Assembly: GCA_963801605.1 (NCBI GenBank)
Contig: CAWDFP010000005.1
Coordinates: 1 to 64,000 of the forward strand
Direction of reading: 5' to 3'
DNA: 64,000 nucleotides
Origin: an uncultured candidate division Zixibacteria bacterium
Lineage (GTDB): Bacteria; Zixibacteria; MSB-5A5; UBA10806
Both the position numbers and the translations under genes were made by a program. This document shows positions 58,902 to 64,000 of this stretch, in pieces; position 1 is the first letter of the stretch, and every line of letters begins with the position of its first letter. The notes below the pieces were generated by a model. The model was not told the DNA's origin and searched no databases. It worked only from the letters and a program-made list of their open reading frames with translations.

Positions 58902-61301
58902 ATGGATATTAAAAAATTACTTAAAGAACATTGGCCTTATATTTATTTTCTAGCCTTGACCATCGTGGTTTTCGCCGGATTTATTTTCTCAAGCAAAATG
59001 CTTTTTGGGTCGGATACCATGGAAGCCGGTATTTTCTTCCGTGGCTTTTACGCCGATTTTGTAAAAACATATCATCGCATACCGCTTTGGAATCCCTATA
59101 TCTATGGCGGCCTGCCTTTTGTCGATGCTATGCATGGCGATACCTTTTATCCATTAGCAGCTCTTCAATTCATAATGCCGATTTTCAAAGCTCTTGGTTA
59201 CAAATTGATTGTCACCGTATTTTTGGCGGGAGTATTCGCATATCTATATCTGAAAAAAATGGGGATGACTCGCTGGGCATCGGTATTCGGAGGGACCGTT
59301 TACATGCTCTCCGGTTTTCTGGTCTCTCTGGTTTACGCCGGCCAGGACGGTCGAATGTATGTCACCAGCCTCTTGCCTCTTCTGTTTTATACTATGGAGA
59401 TAGGTTTCGAGCGGCGAAACTTGCTTTGGTGGTGGCCTTTTGCCGTAACATTCGGATTACTCGTAATGGCTAATCATCCTCAGTTCGCATACTTTGCTAT
59501 GTGGTGCACCGGGGCATATTTCATTTTCCGCATGATTTTTAATCTAAGAGAAAATAAACTCGGCTCGGTCCGCTGGCTCCCGATTCCCGGATTTATCATA
59601 GCTATGATAGTGGGGCTTTGTCTTTCTCTTGTCGCGATCTGGCCAAATCAGGATTATGTCAGGAAATACTCTCCGCGTGCCGAGGGTGGCAAGGGATACG
59701 AATATGCCGCCTCCTGGTCACTACACGCCGAGGAGGCCCTCAGCCAGATCATTCCCGGGTTTTCGGGTTATAGCTCTATGCAAGGCCATCCCGGTCTCAA
59801 CACCGAACCTACTTATTGGGGCAAAAATTATTTCAAGATCAATACCGAAACTGCCGGGCTTATGGCGCTTATCCTGGCGATCCTGAGTTTCTTTATTTAT
59901 CGGGATAGATATTCCTGGTTTTTCCTGGGGACAGCTCTTTTTGCGCTTCTCTATGCGCTTGGTGATTCGGGGCTGATCTTTAAACTTGTCTATTACACTG
60001 TGCCGTTTGTCAGCAAATTCAGAGCGCCCTCTACAATCATGTTTCTATTCTGTTTTGCGATAACATTTTTGGCGGCGCGGACTATCGACCAATTGGAAAA
60101 AGCCAAAAAGATTATCAACAGCAAAAAACTTATAACCGGCCTTCTGATTGCGGCCGGCGCCTATCTGCTCGGAGCCATCCTCGTTGCTGTCGGCGGTTTG
60201 AGTGTCATGAAAATTTACACCTCCATATTTTTTTCGAATATCGAACCCGGTCAAACCTCCATGCTCGAATCTAACCTGCCTCATATTGCCGGCGGGCTTT
60301 TCGAGGGTGCTCTTTATCTTTGTGTCAGCGCGCTCCTCTTATGGGCTATAGTCCAGCATAAAATCTCATTTAAGGGAGCCGCCATTGCATTTTTAACTTT
60401 AGCTATTTTCGATTCCTGGATTCTTACCGATATGAGATTTATTCAACCTGTCGATCCCGCCCCTTATTTCGCCAAACCGCCGATTGTTAGTATTCTTAAC
60501 AAAGACACCCAACCCTACCGCGTTTTCGCTATGCCTCAAACGCTAAGTAATCAGAATCTTCTCGCCCAATTTGGTATTGACGAGGTCACCGGCTACCACG
60601 GCAACCAGCTTCGCTGGTATGATAATTTTATCGGTGGCAATGAGATGTCGAGTTTATTTACGTATCGCAATGGAAGGGCAGAGGGCTTCTCGCCAAATCT
60701 TATGAAAGTCATGGGGCTTACAAACGCCAAGTATTTCCTTTGGAGTCAAAAATTCACTCCTCCGGGCTTCGAGGTCCTGGGCGCTTCTCCCGATGGTATC
60801 AATATTTATCATAACACCGCCAATCTCAGCAGAGTCAGGGTCGTTTATAATTATGATGTTATCTCAAATCCCGATTCCGCTCTCGCAGCCCTGATGGTGC
60901 CGTCCTACGATTACATGAATCGAATTATCGTTGATCACGCTCCTAAATCCCAGATTATTCCTCCGGCTGCTCTCAGCGGAGATACCGCCATCATCCTGGA
61001 TTCTCCCGCGGATAGAATTAGATTCAAGGCTTTTCTCTCCGCTCCTGGCTTCGTGGCGCTGCAGGAAAATTGGTATCCTTATTGGAAAGCTTATGAGGGC
61101 AAAACTGAAATTCCAGTCTTTCGCACCGATTACACCTTTATGGCGCTCGAACTTCCTCCGGGAACCCATGAAATTGAACTCCGAGTGGAAAACCCTAAAT
61201 ATATCCTTGGCAAAAATGTGTCTCTGGCATCCTGGCTGCTTCTATTCGTGGGATTGGGAACGGGGGCGGTTATCTCAAAGCGAAGGAAAAAACCGGCTTG
61301 A
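58902..61301 (+). CDS. YfhO-family GT-C membrane protein
   Basis: IPLWNPY.YGG.PF, HPQ, KFRAP, GYHG, ENWYP.WKA, LPPGTHEI; many TMs. Confidence 0.85.
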   Translation: MDIKKLLKEHWPYIYFLALTIVVFAGFIFSSKMLFGSDTMEAGIFFRGFYADFVKTYHRIPLWNPYIYGGLPFVDAMHGDTFYPLAALQFIMPIFKALGYKLIVTVFLAGVFAYLYLKKMGMTRWASVFGGTVYMLSGFLVSLVYAGQDGRMYVTSLLPLLFYTMEIGFERRNLLWWWPFAVTFGLLVMANHPQFAYFAMWCTGAYFIFRMIFNLRENKLGSVRWLPIPGFIIAMIVGLCLSLVAIWPNQDYVRKYSPRAEGGKGYEYAASWSLHAEEALSQIIPGFSGYSSMQGHPGLNTEPTYWGKNYFKINTETAGLMALILAILSFFIYRDRYSWFFLGTALFALLYALGDSGLIFKLVYYTVPFVSKFRAPSTIMFLFCFAITFLAARTIDQLEKAKKIINSKKLITGLLIAAGAYLLGAILVAVGGLSVMKIYTSIFFSNIEPGQTSMLESNLPHIAGGLFEGALYLCVSALLLWAIVQHKISFKGAAIAFLTLAIFDSWILTDMRFIQPVDPAPYFAKPPIVSILNKDTQPYRVFAMPQTLSNQNLLAQFGIDEVTGYHGNQLRWYDNFIGGNEMSSLFTYRNGRAEGFSPNLMKVMGLTNAKYFLWSQKFTPPGFEVLGASPDGINIYHNTANLSRVRVVYNYDVISNPDSALAALMVPSYDYMNRIIVDHAPKSQIIPPAALSGDTAIILDSPADRIRFKAFLSAPGFVALQENWYPYWKAYEGKTEIPVFRTDYTFMALELPPGTHEIELRVENPKYILGKNVSLASWLLLFVGLGTGAVISKRRKKPA

Positions 61302-61440
61302 TAAAACAAGCTCTTCCCAGCTATATTTTTCGATAAAGGCATTTTGTCGGATGGTTTAAAATTCGAGGTATAGGGCATTTTGACTACGTTAATTAAAGGA
61401 ATTGTGAATTATTTTTTAAGAAACTCTATTAATTTAGTGT

Positions 61441-61464
61441 GTAGGGGCACAATTCATTGTGCGC
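61441..61464 (+). repeat. GTAG-type REP-like palindrome
   Basis: GTAG-GGGCACAAT-TC-ATTGTGCGC, intergenic. Confidence 0.45.
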
Positions 61465-61517
61465 AGCTTTGTAAAAAATAAAATGTGCATTTTGCAATAA
61501 AGACCAAAGCTAAAAAA

Positions 61518-62375
61518 ATGCCTCTCACTTGCGATATCTCAATTATTATTGTTAGCTATAATTGTCTCGATTCGCTTAAAGCATGCCTTAAATCTATCGA
61601 GGAACAGGCAGGCGCAACTACTGAAACTATCGTTATCGATAACAATTCCAAAGATAAAACCCCCGAGTTTATAACAAGTCAGAAAATCCAATCCATCCTG
61701 CTTGCTCACAATATCGGTTTTGGAGCTGCCGCCAATCTTGCTGCCGAAAAAGCAACCGGCAAACATCTTCTTATCCTAAACCCCGATACCGTCCTTACAC
61801 CTGATTGCCTTAAATCATTTTTGGAGTTTGCCTCCGCCAGGCCGGATTTTGGACTGGCCTCAGCCCACCTGGTTTATCCCGACGGCCAAACCCAAATCTC
61901 CGCCCGACGATTTCCCCGGCGACGAGATATCCTTTTCGGACGAGGCTCTCCGCTTTATAAGTTGGGATTAGTTAAAGAAGTAAATGCCGGCTATTTCCTG
62001 GATTTAGGGGAGAGGCCGCTCGAGGTCCCGGCAGTTTCTGCCACCGCCCTATTTATTCGAACAGAACTATTCCGCGAGCTTGGAGGCTTCGATCCGCGCT
62101 TCTTTATGTATCTCGAAGACCTTGATCTTTGCAAGCGCGTTCAGGAACGTTCCCTTTCGGTATGGATATTACCCCATGCAAAAATAATCCACGCCTGGCG
62201 GCAATCCTCCGCGACCAGGCCCTATTTTGCCGCCTGGTGCCATTATCTTTCGGTTTACAAATACTTCCAAAAGCATTACTCTTCCCAGTGGTATAAAAAT
62301 TTAGTCCTGGCCGTGGCGCTTGCGGCAGGTTTTGCGCTTACCTCCGGCCTGATCGCATTGCACAAAAAGGATTAA
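61518..62375 (+). CDS. GT2 glycosyltransferase (rhamnosyltransferase-like)
   Basis: ISIIIVSYN, IDNNSKD, NIGFGAA.N, LNPDT, GGFDPRFFMYLEDLDLC. Confidence 0.9.
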   Translation: MPLTCDISIIIVSYNCLDSLKACLKSIEEQAGATTETIVIDNNSKDKTPEFITSQKIQSILLAHNIGFGAAANLAAEKATGKHLLILNPDTVLTPDCLKSFLEFASARPDFGLASAHLVYPDGQTQISARRFPRRRDILFGRGSPLYKLGLVKEVNAGYFLDLGERPLEVPAVSATALFIRTELFRELGGFDPRFFMYLEDLDLCKRVQERSLSVWILPHAKIIHAWRQSSATRPYFAAWCHYLSVYKYFQKHYSSQWYKNLVLAVALAAGFALTSGLIALHKKD

Positions 62376-62378
62376 GAG

Positions 62379-63431
62379 TTGAATCTGAAAATTCCCGGAT
62401 ATATCCTGGTCGTGCTGGTCGCGGGTTATTTGACTTTTATCCTCATTCCCATAATAAAAAACTATTGCCTGAAACGAGGCCTCCTGGATCAACCGAGTCC
62501 TCGAAAGATTCATCAAAAACCAACTCCTCGTATGGGGGGAGTAGCGTTCGTTATTTCATATTCGCTTGCCATTTGGCTCGGTTTCGTGGGCAATCCCGAA
62601 CTCTGGCGTAACAACTGGCTGGGCATCGTTGGTGTGGTTGCCGGGGGTGTCATTATCTTCTTGCTCGGCCTCTACGATGATTTGAAGGGGATAGGTCCCA
62701 TTCCCAAATTCCTCTGGCAGATGCTGGCGGCCTTGCTTCCTGTTATCTGCGGTGTTAGAGCTGATGTTATCAACGTGCCCTTCTACAAATTGGTGGTGTT
62801 GGGTTACTGGGCTATACCGCTGAGTATCCTCTGGATTGTCACCATCACCAATACCTTCAATCTTCTCGATGGCCTCGATGGTCTGGCCGCTGGCATCGCC
62901 GCTATTTCAGCCTCGACATTTTTGGTTCTGAGTTTGGTTCTTAATCTGCCCTTGGCCACGCTCTTAATAGCCGGCATATTGGGCATCTCAATTTCCTTCT
63001 TGAGATACAACTATCATCCTGCGCAAATCTTTATGGGTGATTCCGGATCGCTTTTTATCGGTTATGTTTTCGGGGTAACATCCCTCTATTGGCCCAAAAG
63101 CTATGCCTCAATTGTTATGCTGGTGCCGATGTTGGCCCTGGGGGTACCTGTGCTGGAGGTCCTGACAACCACTATCCGCCGCACCCTCACCGGTCAAAAG
63201 ATTTATCTGGCGGATAGACGCCATCTTTTTCACTACCTCCTGGAAATGGGTTTTTCTCAGCAGGGCGTGGTCTGGTTTTTCTATCTTTTAAGCATCCAGT
63301 TTTCCGTGATGGCCGTGGGTTTCGTAGTTGGTAAAGTCAATATAGTCCTTGTCCTCGAGGCTGTTTTTGTTATATTTATCGGAATAATTCTGTCCCGAAA
63401 GTTAAAATCGGGAGGTGGAAATGGACGATAA
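62379..63431 (+). CDS. Undecaprenyl-phosphate GlcNAc-1-phosphate transferase (WecA/TagO, MraY family)
   Basis: [44 protein letters not shown]. Confidence 0.92.
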   Translation: MNLKIPGYILVVLVAGYLTFILIPIIKNYCLKRGLLDQPSPRKIHQKPTPRMGGVAFVISYSLAIWLGFVGNPELWRNNWLGIVGVVAGGVIIFLLGLYDDLKGIGPIPKFLWQMLAALLPVICGVRADVINVPFYKLVVLGYWAIPLSILWIVTITNTFNLLDGLDGLAAGIAAISASTFLVLSLVLNLPLATLLIAGILGISISFLRYNYHPAQIFMGDSGSLFIGYVFGVTSLYWPKSYASIVMLVPMLALGVPVLEVLTTTIRRTLTGQKIYLADRRHLFHYLLEMGFSQQGVVWFFYLLSIQFSVMAVGFVVGKVNIVLVLEAVFVIFIGIILSRKLKSGGGNGR

Positions 63432-64000
63432 ATATTATCTTGAATTTGAAAAACCGATTGTTGAGTTGGATCGCAAGATCCGCGAAATAAGAGAACTATC
63501 GCCTGCGGATAATAACTGGCTGGATGATGAAATCAACCAGTTGGAAAATAAACGCGACCAGCTTCAATCCGAGGTTTATTCTAAGCTGACCCGTTGGCAA
63601 AAAGTCCAGTTGGCTCGCCATCCGCTCCGGCCTTATACGCTCGATTATATCCCGCTTGTTTTTACCGATTTTATCGAGATTCATGGCGACCGCTACTTCG
63701 CCGAGGATAGGGCTCTGGTGGGCGGGTTTGCCAGGCTTGACGGCCAGGCGGTCATGGTGGTTGGCCAGCAGAAGGGCCGTGATGTCAAACAACGGCAATA
63801 CCGCAATTTCGGTATGTGCCACCCTGAGGGTTATCGCAAGGCCCTCCGATTATTCAGAATCGCCGAAAAGTTCAATCTACCGATTATCATCTTTATTGAT
63901 ACCCCCGGCGCTTATCCCGGAGTTGGCGCCGAGGAGCGCGGACAGGCTGAGGCTATCGCCCGAAATATCCGCGAAATGTCTGCTATCGAGGTCCCCATTC
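63421..64000 (+). CDS. accA: Acetyl-CoA carboxylase carboxyltransferase alpha subunit; 5' part, runs off the window
   Basis: [21 protein letters not shown]..., [47 protein letters not shown]. Confidence 0.95.
   Translation, partial: MDDKYYLEFEKPIVELDRKIREIRELSPADNNWLDDEINQLENKRDQLQSEVYSKLTRWQKVQLARHPLRPYTLDYIPLVFTDFIEIHGDRYFAEDRALVGGFARLDGQAVMVVGQQKGRDVKQRQYRNFGMCHPEGYRKALRLFRIAEKFNLPIIIFIDTPGAYPGVGAEERGQAEAIARNIREMSAIEVPI

Overview
64 kb of bacterial chromosome, almost all on the + strand. The two Cys-flanked dockerin-like C-terminal domains and the gene content suggest candidate division Zixibacteria or a related FCB-group lineage (inference). Housekeeping blocks: amidase, coaBC-udg-dnaB, mreB, tol-pal, tRNA-Val-thrS-infC-rpmI-rplT-pheST-zapBA-rny-ymdB-folD-xseA-merR-tRNA-Pro, and accA. 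There is also an ECF sigma/anti-sigma/Spy-like envelope-stress operon, two secreted dockerin-tagged proteins, a secreted DA1-like Cys-rich metallopeptidase and a ~15 kb surface glycosylation locus. The most striking element is 19.4-28.5 kb, a flagellar-type regulatory cascade with no structural flagellar gene. It holds truncated FlhF, P-loop-degenerate FlhG, intact FliA (sigma28), a PilZ/YcgR protein, degenerate kinases, a mini-chemoreceptor tip, three receiver proteins, an FlgN-like protein, CsrA and FliW. A tandem-FlgM-like gene sits where flagellin normally would. The operon has a clear sigma54 promoter, and the nearby sigma54 activator gene has a near-consensus sigma28 promoter, suggesting a closed sigma54-sigma28 feedback loop. 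Many genes, including essential pheS/pheT, carry single-base indels that are most likely sequencing/assembly errors. No CRISPR array, integrase, transposase or rRNA was seen.
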